Positions 10,208 to 21,552 of a stretch of DNA of 64,000 bases are shown here, piece by piece. The DNA lies in assembly GCA_963724555.1 (NCBI GenBank), contig CAVRVE010000014.1, positions 2,308 through 66,307 on the forward strand. Direction: 5' to 3'. Source of the stretch: an uncultured Acidobacteriota bacterium (GTDB lineage: Bacteria > Acidobacteriota > Vicinamibacteria > Fen-336). Each line of letters opens with the position of its first letter. Positions within the stretch are counted from its first letter, which is position 1. The translations under genes were made by a program, and so were the position numbers. The notes beneath the pieces were generated by a model that made no database searches, was not told where the DNA came from, and worked only from the letters and a program-made list of their open reading frames with translations.

Positions 10208-12204
10208 CTACTTCAGCAGGTACTCCTGGATGAAGGCCACCGTCGCGTAGAGCTGGAAGTCCTGGTTCTTCTTCTTGGCGAAGCCGTGGCCTTCGTCGCT
10301 CGCGAGCAGGTACCAGACCGGCCCGCGGTTCTTCTTCACCGTCGCCACCATCTGCTCGGACTCCGTGTACGGCACGCGCGGGTCGTTGCGGCCCTGCACG
10401 ACGAAGAGCGGCTTCGTGATCTTCGCCGCGTTCGTCGCGGGCGAGATCCGCACGAGGTGCTCCTTCATGGCGGGGTCGCGCTCGTCGCCGTACTCGACGC
10501 GCCGCAGGTCGCGCCGGTAGGACTCGGTGTTCTGCAGGAACGTCACGAAGTTCGAGATCCCCACGACGTCGAGCGCGCAGCGCAGCTTGGCGTCGTAGTG
10601 CGTCGCCACCGCGAGCGTCATGTAGCCGCCGTAGCTGCCGCCCGTGACCATCACGCGTGAGGCGTCGAGATCCGGGCGCGTCGCGATCCAGTCGATGAGC
10701 GCGCCGATGTCCTTCACGGAGTCCTCGCGCAGCACGCCGTTGTCGAGCTTCACGAAGCTCTTGCCGAAGCCCGTCGACCCGCGCACGTTCGGGTAGATCA
10801 CGGCGACACCGAGCTCGTCCATGTAGAAGTTGCCGCGGCCGAGGAAGCCCGGGCGCGCCTGGCCCTCGGGCCCGCCGTGGATGTTGATGATCACCGGGCG
10901 CGGGCCGCTGAAGCGGGGGCCCGGCTTGTAGAGGAAGCCCGAGATCGTGCGGCCGTCGAAGCTCTTCCAGCGCACGAGCTCCGGCTCCGAGAAGCTTGCG
11001 GCGTTGAGCCCGCCCGTCTCGCTCTCGGTCCAGCGCTCGAGCTTGCCGGTCGAGACGTCGAGCGAGTAGCAGTCGACCGGCGAGCGCGCCGAGGAGAGCG
11101 ACAGCCCGAGGTCGCGGCCGTTGTTGTGCCACTCGAGCGCGACCACCAGGCCGACCGGCAGCCTGGGCGCCGGCTTCTCCTTGCCGCTCGCGGTGTCGAG
11201 CAGGTGCAGCACGTCCAGGCCTTCCTCGTTGGTCACGAACGCGATCGTCCTGCCGTCGGGCGAGAGCGCGAAGCTGTCGACGTCCCACGAGATGTGCGAC
11301 GTCAGGTAGCTGTGCGTGCCGCTGCGCGAGCTCGAGATACGCGAGGCGCTGGAACTCCGAGTCCTTGTCGGTCGTGACGTAGACGCCCTTGCCGTCGGCG
11401 CTGAAGCGGGCGCCGCCGTACGCGACGGGCTCGCCGCCCTTCGGCGTGACGAGCGTCTTCTCGCCCGTGGCCACGTCGACCAGCCAGACGTAGCTCTCGT
11501 TGACCGAGATGAACTCGAGGACGGCGAGCTTCTTGTCGTCGGGCGACCAGTCGGCCGGCGCCCAGCCGCCGCCCTTCACCTCGAGCAGCAGCCGCGCCGA
11601 GGCGGGGTCCTTCGGGTCCATCACGTAGATGTCGCGGTCGGCGCCGTTGCGGCGCGTCGAGCCGAAGGCCAGGCGGTCGCCCTGGTGCGACCAGGGGCCG
11701 AGCTCGTTCTGCGAGCGGCCGCCGCTCGTCAGCATGCGGACCTCGCCGGTCGCGAGGTCGAGGCGGTGGATCTGCGAGAACTCGTCGCCGCCCTGGTCCT
11801 TCGTGAAGACGATGTAGTCGGACGAGCGGCGCGGCCAGCTCGCGTTGCCGACGCGGTCCGGGAAGAACGTGAGCTGCCGGCGGGCGCCGAGCGGGAAGCG
11901 CACCTCGTGGATCTGCGGCGTGTCGCCGAAGCGGGTCTGGATCAGCATCTCCCGCTTCGTCGGGTGCCAGGAGGCGAGCGCGGCCGAGCGGAACTCGGTG
12001 TAGCGGCCCACCGCCTCGGCGACGGCCGCGGGGATCTCGGGCAGCCCGTCCGTGACCAGGTTGTCGCCCGGCTTGATCACCGCCGGCTTGGGGGTCGGCG
12101 CCGCCGCCGCCGGGGCTTGTGCGCGGACGCTCGTCGCGCCTGCGATCAGAGCGAAGCCGAACGCCGCTGCGAGCAGCCGGGTGCGCGATGCTCAGTGCGG
12201 TCAC
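10208..12204 (-). CDS. S9 prolyl-oligopeptidase-family serine peptidase with N-terminal PD40 propeller; frame change at about 11322 and probably near the start (about 12178)
   Basis: GGSYGGYM nucleophile elbow, GRNDPRV and DEGHGF (Asp/His of the triad). N-terminal propeller motifs: WSPDDKKLAV, FSADGKGVYV. Signal-like RLLAAAFGFALIAGATSVRA has no in-frame start of its own. Confidence 0.85.
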
Positions 12205-12784
12205 CTGCGCTCACAATGGCGCGCGCCTTGCGGAGCGCACGCCGCAGGCCGTGATCCGGCCCGAGCGGCTCCGTCTCGTCCCAGGGCACCCAGCGGATCT
12301 CGTTGAGCTCCGCGAGCTCCGGCAGCAGCTGCGCGCGCTCGGGCGCCACGACCAGGTAGCGGAGGTCGAGATGCTGGTGCGCCGGCTCCGAGCCGCGCGC
12401 CGGGATGTCGTGGACGTCCACGTCGAGCGGGCGCGGCGCTCGCGGGTGCAGCGTGAGGCCCTCGATCCCGCTCTCCTCGAGCGCCTCGCGCAGGGCCACC
12501 TCCTCGCCGGTCGTCTCGCCCGGATCGCCGTGGCCTCCGGGCTGCAGCCAGCGGTCGAGCTTGCGATGGTGGAGCAGCAGAACGTGGCTGCCGTCGGCGG
12601 ACACCGTGATGGCGCTCCCCGTCAGGTGGCCCTCGCCGATCGCGCGGTCGAAGGGCCGCTCGTGGCGTCTCACGAAGTCGACGATCTGGTCGCGGTCGCC
12701 CGCCTCCTCGGCGTCGGCCGGCGCGAGCTCGAGCAGCGAGCGAACGAGGGCCGTCCGCGGATCGTCGCGTTCGGAGGTCAACAC
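12146..12784 (-). CDS. NUDIX hydrolase
   Basis: Nudix box GGHGDPGETTGEEVALREALEESGI. GTG start at 12784. The 3' end overlaps the predicted start region of the S9 peptidase. Confidence 0.8.
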   Translation of the reverse strand: MLTSERDDPRTALVRSLLELAPADAEEAGDRDQIVDFVRRHERPFDRAIGEGHLTGSAITVSADGSHVLLLHHRKLDRWLQPGGHGDPGETTGEEVALREALEESGIEGLTLHPRAPRPLDVDVHDIPARGSEPAHQHLDLRYLVVAPERAQLLPELAELNEIRWVPWDETEPLGPDHGLRRALRKARAIVSAGDRTEHRAPGCSQRRSASL

Positions 12785-12858
12785 CCCGATTCTAGCGGCA
12801 GCGGGCCTGGCGGCCGTCGTCAGGGCAACGGCCTTCTGCTAGATTGCCGGCGCGCTTC

Positions 12859-15800
12859 ATGGCTTCGACACCGGCGCCTCTCCCCGCTCCCGCCCGTGGC
12901 CTGATGGTGCTGGTCGCGCTCTCGGGCATGGCCGCGCTCGTCTACGAGTCGCTGTGGATGCGCTCGTTCGGCCTCATCTTCGGCGGCACCACGCAGGCGG
13001 TCGCGATGGTGCTGGCCGTCTACATGGCCGGCCTCGCCACGGGCAGCGCGCTGGTGTCGCGCCGGCGCGTCGCGGATCCGCTGCTGGCCTACGCGAAGCT
13101 CGAGCTGCTGACCGGAGGCACGGCGCTCCTGACGCTGCCGCTCCTGCGCGGCCTGCCCTGGGCCTACGGCCTGCTGGTCGCGCGGCTCGGCCTCACCGGC
13201 TTCGCCGAGTCGGTGGGGATCGCGATCCTCGCCGCCTGCGTGCTGCTGCCGCCCACGATCCTGCTCGGTGCGACGGTGCCGCTCGCCGTCGAGTACCTGG
13301 CGCGGTCGGGCCGCGGCGCTCACCGGGGTTTCGCACGCCTCTACCTGCTGAACACGCTCGGCGGCGCCGCGGGGGTGGCGCTCGCTCCCTTCGTGCTCGT
13401 TCCGGCGCTGGGAGTGCGAGGAACGCTCGTCGCCGCCGCGGCGGTCAGCCTGTTGATCGGAAGCGTGGCGCGGCGCTGGGCGCGCGACACTCCGGCGGTC
13501 GAGCCTCCCCGGCCGGCGCAGGCGGACGGCGCGGCCCGCCTGCGCCTCGGCCGCGGCGGTCTCGAGCTCGCCTTCGCGTCGGGCGCCGCGACCTTCGGTC
13601 TCGAGGTGCTGTGGACGCGCTCGTACGCGCTCGTGATCGGCTCGACCGTGTATGCCTTCAACCTGGTGCTGCTCGCGGTGCTGCTCGGGATCGCGATCGG
13701 CGCCGCGCTCTACGCCGCGACTCGTTCGCGCATCGCCGACCCCGCGCGCAGCGTCGGCGCCCTCTTCGTCGTGGCGGGGCTCGCGGTGCTGGCCGGCGCC
13801 TGGACGATCGGCCGGCTGCCCGTGGTCTCGCTGGCCGCGCTCAAGCTGCTTCCGGTGTCGTTCGCGGCCCACCAGCTCACCTTCCTCGCGCTCTGCTTCG
13901 CGACGCTCGTCCCGGTCACGGCGATCCTCGGGCTGAGCTTCCCGCTGCTGCTCCACCTGGCGCTTCCGGTCTCGAGCGGGGATCCGAGCCCCGTCGCGGG
14001 AGCGCAACGGGCGGCCGGCCGCCTCTACGCCTGGAACACGGCCGGCGCGATCGCCGGAGCGCTCGCCGCAGACCTCGTGCTCGTTCCCGAGCTCGGCCTG
14101 CAGTCGCCCTACCTGGTCTTCGCCGCGCTGCTCGTCGGCGCCGGCGTCTGGCGGCTCGCGCTCGGCGAGTCGCGGCTGTCCGTCGCCGCGGCGGCCGTGG
14201 CGCTCGCCGCCGTCGTGGTCGCGGCGATTGCGCTCGTGCCGCGCTTCCGGCCGTGGGATCCGGTGCTGATGAGCTCGGGCGTGCACCGCTACGGCCTCGA
14301 GTGGATCCACCGGCTCGACTCGCCCTGGCGCCTGGGCTCCTGGCTTCGCGAGCAGCGCCGGCTGCTCTTCTACCGCGAGGGCCGTGAGGCCGTCGTGGCG
14401 GTCTCCGAGCCTTTGGACGGCTCGCGCCGCTTCCTGTCCGTGAACGGCAAGACCGACGCCGGCAGCGGCACCGAGGACGTGGTGACGCAGAAGTTCCTCG
14501 CGCACGTCCCGCTGCTGCTGCACCCGGCCCCGAAGCGCGTCCTGGTGATCGGCTGGGGGGCCGGCGCCACCGCCGCGGCCGCGGCGGCGCACCCGATTGC
14601 GAGCCTCGAGTGCGTCGAGATCGAGCCCGCGACCTGGGAGGCCGCGCCCTGGTTCGCCTCGTTCTCGGAGCCGCTGCGGCGCGACCCGCGCTTCGAGCTC
14701 GTGATCCGCGACGGGCGCAACCACCTGCTGCGCGCGCGCCAGCCCTACGACCTCGTCGTCTCGGAGCCGTCGAACCCCTGGATCACGGGGGTCTCGAACC
14801 TCTTCACCCGCGAGTTCCTCGAGTCCGCGCGGGATCGCCTCGCGCCCGGCGGGCTCTTCGCGCAGTGGTTCCACTACTACAACCTGGCGCCCGCCGACGT
14901 GAAGGTGGAGGTGAAGACGTTCCTCTCCGTGTTCGATCACGCCTCGCTCTGGCTGGTGCCGCCCGTGGGGCCGGAGGACGGCATCAAGAACCTGGCCGCG
15001 GACATGCTGCTCGTCGGCAGCCGGGACCCGCAGCGGCTCGACTGGACGCGGCTCGAGCGCGCCTTCGCCGACGAGCCGCTCGCGCGCGAGCTGCGCTCGA
15101 CGCTGGTGCTCCGCGACCCGCTCGCGCTCGCCGCCACCTGGACGATGGGCCGGCCCGAGATGGAGCGCTGGGCGGAAGACCGCCAGGCGTTCCCCTCCGG
15201 CACGCCGCTCAACACCGACGACAGCCCCTACCTCGAGTTCGTCGCTCCGCGACGCACCGTCGTGCGCCCGTCCGAGGCGGCGCGCCAGGCGACCGCGCAG
15301 TACGCGGCGATGGGCGCCGCCGGGGGCGACGTGCGCACGCTGCTGTCAGGCGTGCCGGCGCTCGCCGTCGGCGGGACGCGGGCCGCGGAGCTGCTGCGCG
15401 AGCTGGCCGAGCGCCACGTGGCCGCCGTGCAGCCCGACCGCGCGCTCGCCGACCTCGAGGCCGCGATCGTCGCCAACCGCGACGACGCCGCCGCGCAGGA
15501 GCGCGCCGCCGAGCTGCTCGTGGCCAAAGGACGCCCGCGCGAGGCGCAGCAGCGCTACCTCGAGGTGGTGCGGCTCGATCCGGCGCGCATCTCGGCCTGG
15601 GAGGCGATCTCCGGCATCGCGCTCGACCTGCGCGACTACGCGCGGGCCGAGGAGGCGCACCGCGCGCTCGTGCGGCTCCAGCCCGAGAAGGTCGCCGTCT
15701 GGCTGCGGCTCGCGGCCGTGCTCGCTCGCCAGGAGCGCTGGACCGAGGCGCGCGAGGCGATCGCGAAGGCGCAGGCGCTCGACCCGAAGGCCCCGGTCGA

Positions 15801-15888
15801 TCCGCAGCTGCTCGCGTTTCTCGATCGGCAGGTAGCGTACCGCGACGCCAGTGATCCGCATCGACCGACAGTACACGGAACGCTATAG
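12859..15888 (+). CDS. Polytopic membrane / spermidine-synthase-like / TPR fusion protein (about 1010 aa)
   Basis: N-terminal half has about 12 hydrophobic helices. Central class-I methyltransferase fold: VLVIGWGAGATA, DLVVSEPSNPW. C-terminal TPR-like repeats. Uninterrupted 3-kb ORF. Confidence 0.8.
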   Translation: MASTPAPLPAPARGLMVLVALSGMAALVYESLWMRSFGLIFGGTTQAVAMVLAVYMAGLATGSALVSRRRVADPLLAYAKLELLTGGTALLTLPLLRGLPWAYGLLVARLGLTGFAESVGIAILAACVLLPPTILLGATVPLAVEYLARSGRGAHRGFARLYLLNTLGGAAGVALAPFVLVPALGVRGTLVAAAAVSLLIGSVARRWARDTPAVEPPRPAQADGAARLRLGRGGLELAFASGAATFGLEVLWTRSYALVIGSTVYAFNLVLLAVLLGIAIGAALYAATRSRIADPARSVGALFVVAGLAVLAGAWTIGRLPVVSLAALKLLPVSFAAHQLTFLALCFATLVPVTAILGLSFPLLLHLALPVSSGDPSPVAGAQRAAGRLYAWNTAGAIAGALAADLVLVPELGLQSPYLVFAALLVGAGVWRLALGESRLSVAAAAVALAAVVVAAIALVPRFRPWDPVLMSSGVHRYGLEWIHRLDSPWRLGSWLREQRRLLFYREGREAVVAVSEPLDGSRRFLSVNGKTDAGSGTEDVVTQKFLAHVPLLLHPAPKRVLVIGWGAGATAAAAAAHPIASLECVEIEPATWEAAPWFASFSEPLRRDPRFELVIRDGRNHLLRARQPYDLVVSEPSNPWITGVSNLFTREFLESARDRLAPGGLFAQWFHYYNLAPADVKVEVKTFLSVFDHASLWLVPPVGPEDGIKNLAADMLLVGSRDPQRLDWTRLERAFADEPLARELRSTLVLRDPLALAATWTMGRPEMERWAEDRQAFPSGTPLNTDDSPYLEFVAPRRTVVRPSEAARQATAQYAAMGAAGGDVRTLLSGVPALAVGGTRAAELLRELAERHVAAVQPDRALADLEAAIVANRDDAAAQERAAELLVAKGRPREAQQRYLEVVRLDPARISAWEAISGIALDLRDYARAEEAHRALVRLQPEKVAVWLRLAAVLARQERWTEAREAIAKAQALDPKAPVDPQLLAFLDRQVAYRDASDPHRPTVHGTL

Positions 15889-18772
15889 CTTGATCAGGAC
15901 GACGTCGCGGCTGAGCTTGCCGGCCGAGACGGCGAGCCGACGGCTGTCGGGCAGCCAGCGCACGAAGAAGACGTCCGAGGACGGCAGCTGCGTGACCTGC
16001 GCGGGTCGGCTGCCGTCGCTTCCCGGTGACCCAGACGTTGGCTCCCTCGTCCGTGCGGCGGATGAGCGCGAGCCGGCTCCCGTCGGGCGACCACTGGTAG
16101 CTGGTGATGCGGCCCGTCGGTGAACCGGGTCACCGGCACCGGCTCCTTGCCCGACGCGTCCTGGCGGTAGACGTTCCACGCCGGGTCGCTCCGGTTCGCG
16201 GAACGTCATCGCCTGGCCGTCGGGCGCCCAGGTCGGATCCGATCGCCGTGCGGGCAGCCGGAACGTCGCGGTCTCGGGTCCGCCGCCGACGGGAACCGCC
16301 TGCCACACCGTTCGCATCGAGACCCTGCGCGTCGCGGCTCCGAGCGGCCCAGCAGGAGCCTGCGAGGAGTCCGGCGAGAAGCCCGCGAGGCCGGCCGTGA
16401 CGTTCGATGCCGATCGTCGACACCTGGCCGCTCTCCAGCGTGATCAGCGACACGGTCTGGGGCGCGTCGACAGGGAAGTAACGCCGCATAGCGGCCGTCG
16501 TGGCGACACGGCCGCCACCTGCGCGCCGCCGCCCGAGCTCAGCTTGCGCGGGTTGCTGCCGTCCAGGTCCATGCTCCAGATGTGGACTCCGGACGCGTCG
16601 AGCCGGTCGAACAGGACGAGCTTGCCCGCTGCGCGAGGGTTGATCGACAGCGCGTCTCCCGTGGTGAGCACCCGCGGCTCGCCCCCCGCGACCGGCCGCG
16701 CCCAGATCTGCACCGACTGGTCGCGCGGCGCGTCGTAGATCACGGTGTCGGCCGAGGCGACCGGCGATCACGAAGTGCGATTCCTCCGGGTTCACGGTCG
16801 ACGAGATCGGCCGCGCCGGTCCGCCGCCGCCGCGTCGGCGATCCAGAGGTTGGCCAGGCGGCTGACCCGCACTGCGGCGATCGCCTCCTCTCCGCGCGAC
16901 ACGGAGACGCCGGCGTAGCGGTAGAAGTCGTTCGTGACGCGCTGGAGCTGCGCGTCCGGGTAGCCGATCAGGTACACCTGCTGGTTGATGCTGGTGCGTG
17001 AGGTTCTGCGCGCTCGCCGCGAGCCCCTGGCCGTCCGGCAGCCACGCGACGCTGTTGAGGATCGTGCGGGGAAGCGGCGAGCAGGTCGCGCCGCTCGCCG
17101 CTCTCGCTGTCGAAGAGCGAGACCGTCGCCCGGAAGTCGGGCGCCGGCTTCAGGAGCGCCACGGCGATCGTGCGGCCGTCGGGCGACCAGCTCGGCCCGC
17201 CCTGGTACGACTCGGGGTCGGAGACGCGACGCGAGCACGTGCTCCTTGGAGCTCTCGAGCTCGAGCGATGACGAGCCGGCTCTGCTTCTCCGGGTTGAGC
17301 GCGCCGCCAGAACGCGATGCGCTTCCCGTCCGGCGAGAAGCTCGACCGCGAGTCGACGTCGAAGACGCGCTCGCGCGGGGTGCCGCCGAGCGAGGCGACC
17401 TCGAAGAGCGCCCGGTAGTTCGGGTTGTCGGGCTTGCGCGCGAGGTAGAAGAGGTAGTTCCCGTCGGGCGAGAAGGCCGGGCCCTCGAGCAAGGTGTCCT
17501 GCGTCGGGCAGCACCTCCACGTCGCTGCCGGTCGCGACCTGGCGCACGCGCAGGCTCGCGCGCCCGGCCACGCCCGCGAGGTACGCGAGGTAGCGCCCGT
17601 CGGGCGAGAGGGCGGCCTCGAACACGTCGCCGCGGCTCGTCTGGGTCGACATCCGCATGCTCTGGAACGCCGGGCGCGGCGTGCCGCTGCCGGCCGCTCC
17701 GCGGCGCAGACCCCACCAGCCGACGGCGATCACGCCGAGGCCGAGAAGTGCCGACGGCCGCGACGACGGCTTTCGAGAGCGCCGCGCGGCTTCGGAGCGC
17801 ACGGCCGTTCCCGACGCGTGCGTCGTGGAGCTCGCGCTCGCCGAGAGCGAGTCGTACTCCTCGGCGATCTCGCGCAGCTCGATCGCGAGGTCCTTGATCG
17901 ACTGCACGCGCTGGTCGGGGCTCTTCGCCAGGCAGCGCTTGACGAGGCGGCGCAGCTCGGCCGGCACCTTGTCGTTGAGCTCCTCGACGGGGACGGGCTT
18001 CTCGTTGAGGATCTTGTGCATCGTCTCGATGCCCGTCTCGGCCGCGAAAGGCTTCTTGCGGGTCGCCGCCTCGTACAGGATGCAGCCGAACGAGAAGATG
18101 TCGGACCGGTGGTCGACCGCCTTGCCCTGGACCTGCTCCGGCGACATGTAGCCGGCCGTCCCGACCACGCTGCCCACGGCGCTGCCGTCCCGGGCGAGCG
18201 TGGCGTCCTCGGCGATGTCGGATGCCGCCGCGTCGCGCTTCTCCGTGAGCTTGGCGAGGCCGAAGTCGAGCACCTTGGTGAAGCCGTCGGCCGAGACCAT
18301 GATGTTCCCGGGCTTGAGGTCGCGGTGCACGATGCCGGCCGCGTGCGCCTTGGCGAGCCCCTCCGCCGCCTGGGCGAGGTAGCCGACGAGGGTCCTGAGG
18401 TCGGTCTTGTCCTCGTGGATGAGCGTCGCCAGCGTCTTGTCCGCTCACGAGCTCCATCGAGATGAAGTGCACCGGATCGGAGTCCGCGCTGCCCGGCGAG
18501 CGCACGACGTCGTGGCCGATCTCGTGGATCGTGACGATGTTGGGGTGGTTGAGCTGGGAGGCCGACTTCGCTTCGAGCCTGAAGCGCCGGAGGCGGTCCT
18601 CGTCCTTGACGAGATCCGGCGGCAGGATCTTGAGCGCGACGTTGCGCTCGAGGCTTCTGTCCTGCGCCAGGTACACCTCGCCCATGGCGCCCGCGCCGAG
18701 CGGGGACACGATCCGGTAGTGGGAGATCTCGTCCTCGGGGCGCAGCGTTCTCTCGGCCTGTCCTGGCATCAC
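15883..18772 (-). pseudogene. Hanks Ser/Thr kinase, TM segment and PD40/TolB-like propeller, fragmented by about 10-12 frame changes
   Basis: Kinase motifs: [44 protein letters not shown] segment [15 protein letters not shown]. Propeller pieces [50 protein letters not shown] and WLPDSRRLAV are scattered over ORFs 17150..18772, 16792..18330, 16968..17492, 16444..16743, 16130..16795, 15894..16139 and 15883..16317. Confidence 0.8.
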
Positions 18773-20986
18773 TTCCTCGCGAGCTTGCGGTAGCGGGCCC
18801 AGTCGGCGTCCGTGGGCGGCTTGCCGACGAAAGAGAAGTTGTAGTCCTTGCCGCCGGCCTCGACGTGCAGGCTGCGCGCGTTCTCCCGCTCCACGCGCGC
18901 GGATCTCGCCGAATCGCCAGCGCCAGGGGTCGTGCTCGCGCGAGCGGAACTCGACGCCCCAGTCTTCGAGCCGCAGGCTTCCGGTGCAGCTGCCGATGCG
19001 GTGGCTGTGCTTCGCCGTGAACGTGAGCGGCAGCGACTTCCTGAAGAGCTCGTCGTCCGAGCTCTCGCGCGCAGCAGCCGACGCCGCCGTCGCCTTCTCG
19101 CGCGGCGCGGGCGTCGCCGTCGCGCTCGCACGCGGCGTCGGCTGGGCGCGGCCGGCGACGGCGGCGCTCGGCGGTCTCGGCGGTCGCGGCGGCGCTCGCG
19201 GGCGGGCTCGCGGGCGTGCGGTTGAGGAACAGGAGGAGCCAGCCGACCGCGGCGAGCAGCAGCAGGCCCAGGATCACGCTCCGCCGGCTGTCCCGCGGCG
19301 GCTCTTCGACCGCGCGCAGCGCCTTCCGGAGCTCGCTCGCGGTCGCGAAGCGCTTGGCCGGGTCCTTCTCCAGGCAGCGGAGCACGATCTTGCCGAGCGG
19401 CCGCGAGACGTGCCGCTTGAGATCCTTCGGCGACACGGGCCGCTCCGACAGGACCGCCTGGGCGATGGCCGCGAAGGAGTCGCCCGTGAAGGGGAGCTGA
19501 CCGGTGAGCATCCAGTAGAGCACGACGCCGAAGGCGAAGAGATCCGTGCGCTGGTCCACCTTCCCCTTGCCGAGCTGCTCGGGGGCCATGAAGTGGGGGC
19601 TGCCGAGGATCTCGTCGGCCTGGGTCATCTGCGAGCCGACGACGTGCGCGACGCCGAAGTCCATGATCTTGGGGCGCCCGTCGGCGGTGATCATGATGTT
19701 CGCCGGCTTCAGGTCGCGGTGGACGACGCCCTGCGAGTGCGCGTACTCGAGCGCGTCGAGGCACTCCCGGGACAGGCGCAGCACCTGCTCGAGCGGCAGC
19801 TCCTTGTCCTGTGCGAGTGCGGCGAGCGTGCGCCCCTCGACGTACTCCATCACGATGAACGGGATCCCCTCGACGGTGTGCCCGACGTCGAAGATCGCCA
19901 CGATGCCCTGGTGCAGCAGCTTGCCCGCGGCGCGCGCCTCGCGGTAGAAGCGCTCCTTGTACTTCTCCCACTCGGGCGGCGTGAGCTGCACCGAGGTCTG
20001 GATCAGCTTCACGGCCACGCGCCGGTCGATCGCGGGGTCGCGGGCGAGCAGGACGGCTCCCATCGAGCCGCGGCCGATCGCCTGCTCGACGACGTACCTC
20101 CCGAGCGCCTGCGGCAGGCGCGTCGCGAGCCGCGTCGTCTGGCCGACGTCGTTGCGCTCCGCCTCGAGCGCGGCCCAGAGCCCGGTGCCGGCGCCGGGCT
20201 CGGCGCTCGGCGTGAGGAAGGCCTGCGTGGCGCCCGAGGGGGCCTGTGGCGGGCCCGCCTCGAGGATCCCTGCCAGGAACAGCCCGCACGAGGCGCGCAG
20301 CGCCTCGGCCTCGCCCATCGGGCACTGGGCCGCGATCTCGGCGGCGGAGTAGACGCCGTTGGCCTGCTCGAGAGCCCACTGCTCGGACGTGCTGAGGCGC
20401 AGCCCCGCGAGCGTCGCCGACAGCTTCTCCGCGCGGTGCAGCACCGCCTTGCCGTCGGCCAGCACCCGGCGCACCATCTCGGCGCTTCGAGCGTTGCGCG
20501 CCCACCCGAGCAGCACCTCGGGCACGTCGATCTCCGACGGCAGCTCGCCGTCGAGCCGCTCCTCGCGTTCCTCGAACGACGTACTGGCCGGAATCCCAGT
20601 CGAGCACCGACTCGACGACGAGCCGCGTCCGGCGCGCGGCCTCGACCTGGATCTGCTCCGGCCGCAAGCAGGCCCATCTCGACGATCGTCTCGCCGAGCG
20701 TGCGCCCGCTGGCCTCGGCGGCGGCCAGCGCGCGCTCGAGGTCGGCCTCCTGGATCATCCCGGCCCGCACCAGCGCCTGGCCCAGGCGGTCTTCCGGCAG
20801 GTCGGATCCCGCGAGGATGAGCGATCCGCCCCTGAAGTAGAGCCGCTTCGACGCTCCCGCGCGCGTCAGGTGGAGGACACCGCTCTTGCGGCCCGCGTGG
20901 ATCGCGCGGATGCAGCCGGCGACGGTGACCTGGCTCAGGCTGCCCTGCGCGCGCGAGCCGAAGGGGGCGTCCGTCATTTGCGGCAC
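18769..20986 (-). pseudogene. DUF4388-like N-domain, Hanks Ser/Thr kinase, TM segment and unnamed C-terminal domain; at least 4 frame changes (about 20663, 20580, 19150, 18897)
   Basis: N-terminus GSLSQVTVAGCIRAIHAGRKSGVLHL...YFRGGSLILA...GETIVEMGLL. Kinase motifs GRGSMGAVLLA, VAVK, HRDLKPANIM, DFGVA, GSPHFMAPEQ. TM segment [17 protein letters not shown]-terminus [28 protein letters not shown]...DYNFSFVGK. Its stop overlaps the start of the downstream kinase (GTGATG). Confidence 0.8.
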
Positions 20987-21063
20987 AGGATGGCATCACA
21001 ATCCGTGGCCCGCAACGGCGCCGGCGGTCGTGAGCGTGCACGGCTCGACGAGCCCCGGACGGG

Positions 21064-21547
21064 TTGAAAGGCGGCTGCGGGCGGTGGCACACTCCGCCCG
21101 TGGACCTCGTCGCCATCAACGTCGAGGAGACGCTCTACGTCTCGGGCGAGATCGAGGACTGGCAGGCGCTCGCGTCGGCCGGCATCGACACGGTCGTGGA
21201 CATGGACGCGAGCGTCGACGCCGGCCTGCCGCAGGCGCCCGGCTCGATCCTCTACGTCTACCACCCGATCCTCGACGAGGACCTGCCCAACCTCGGCAAG
21301 ATCGAGGCGCTCGGGCGGCTCGTCGCCGACCTCGTGTCGCAGCGACCACCGCGTGCTCGTCCACTGCCGGATGGGCTTCAACCGCTCGGTGCTCGTGATC
21401 GCGACGGCGCTCACCTACCTGGGCATGACGGGGGAGGCCGCGCTCAACCATCTGCGCGAGCGGCGGCCGGGAGCGCTCTTCAACGAGACGTTCGCGACGC
21501 ACGTGGCCACGCTGCCCGCGCGGCGCATCCGCGTCGACACGCTCTAG
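21064..21547 (+). CDS. Dual-specificity / Cys-based protein phosphatase; one frame change at about 21344 (start TTG 21064 or GTG 21100)
   Basis: P-loop VLVHCRMGFNRS equals HCX5R(S/T). Pieces in ORFs 21064.. and 21353..21547. Confidence 0.7.
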
Positions 21548-21552
21548 CGGCA

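Noticed and set aside
12820-14940. 706-aa minus-strand ORF and 477-aa plus-strand ORF 12954..14387
   Set aside because: They are antisense or out of frame relative to the intact 1010-aa membrane/spermidine-synthase-like gene. Shadow-type Arg/Gly/Glu-rich composition.
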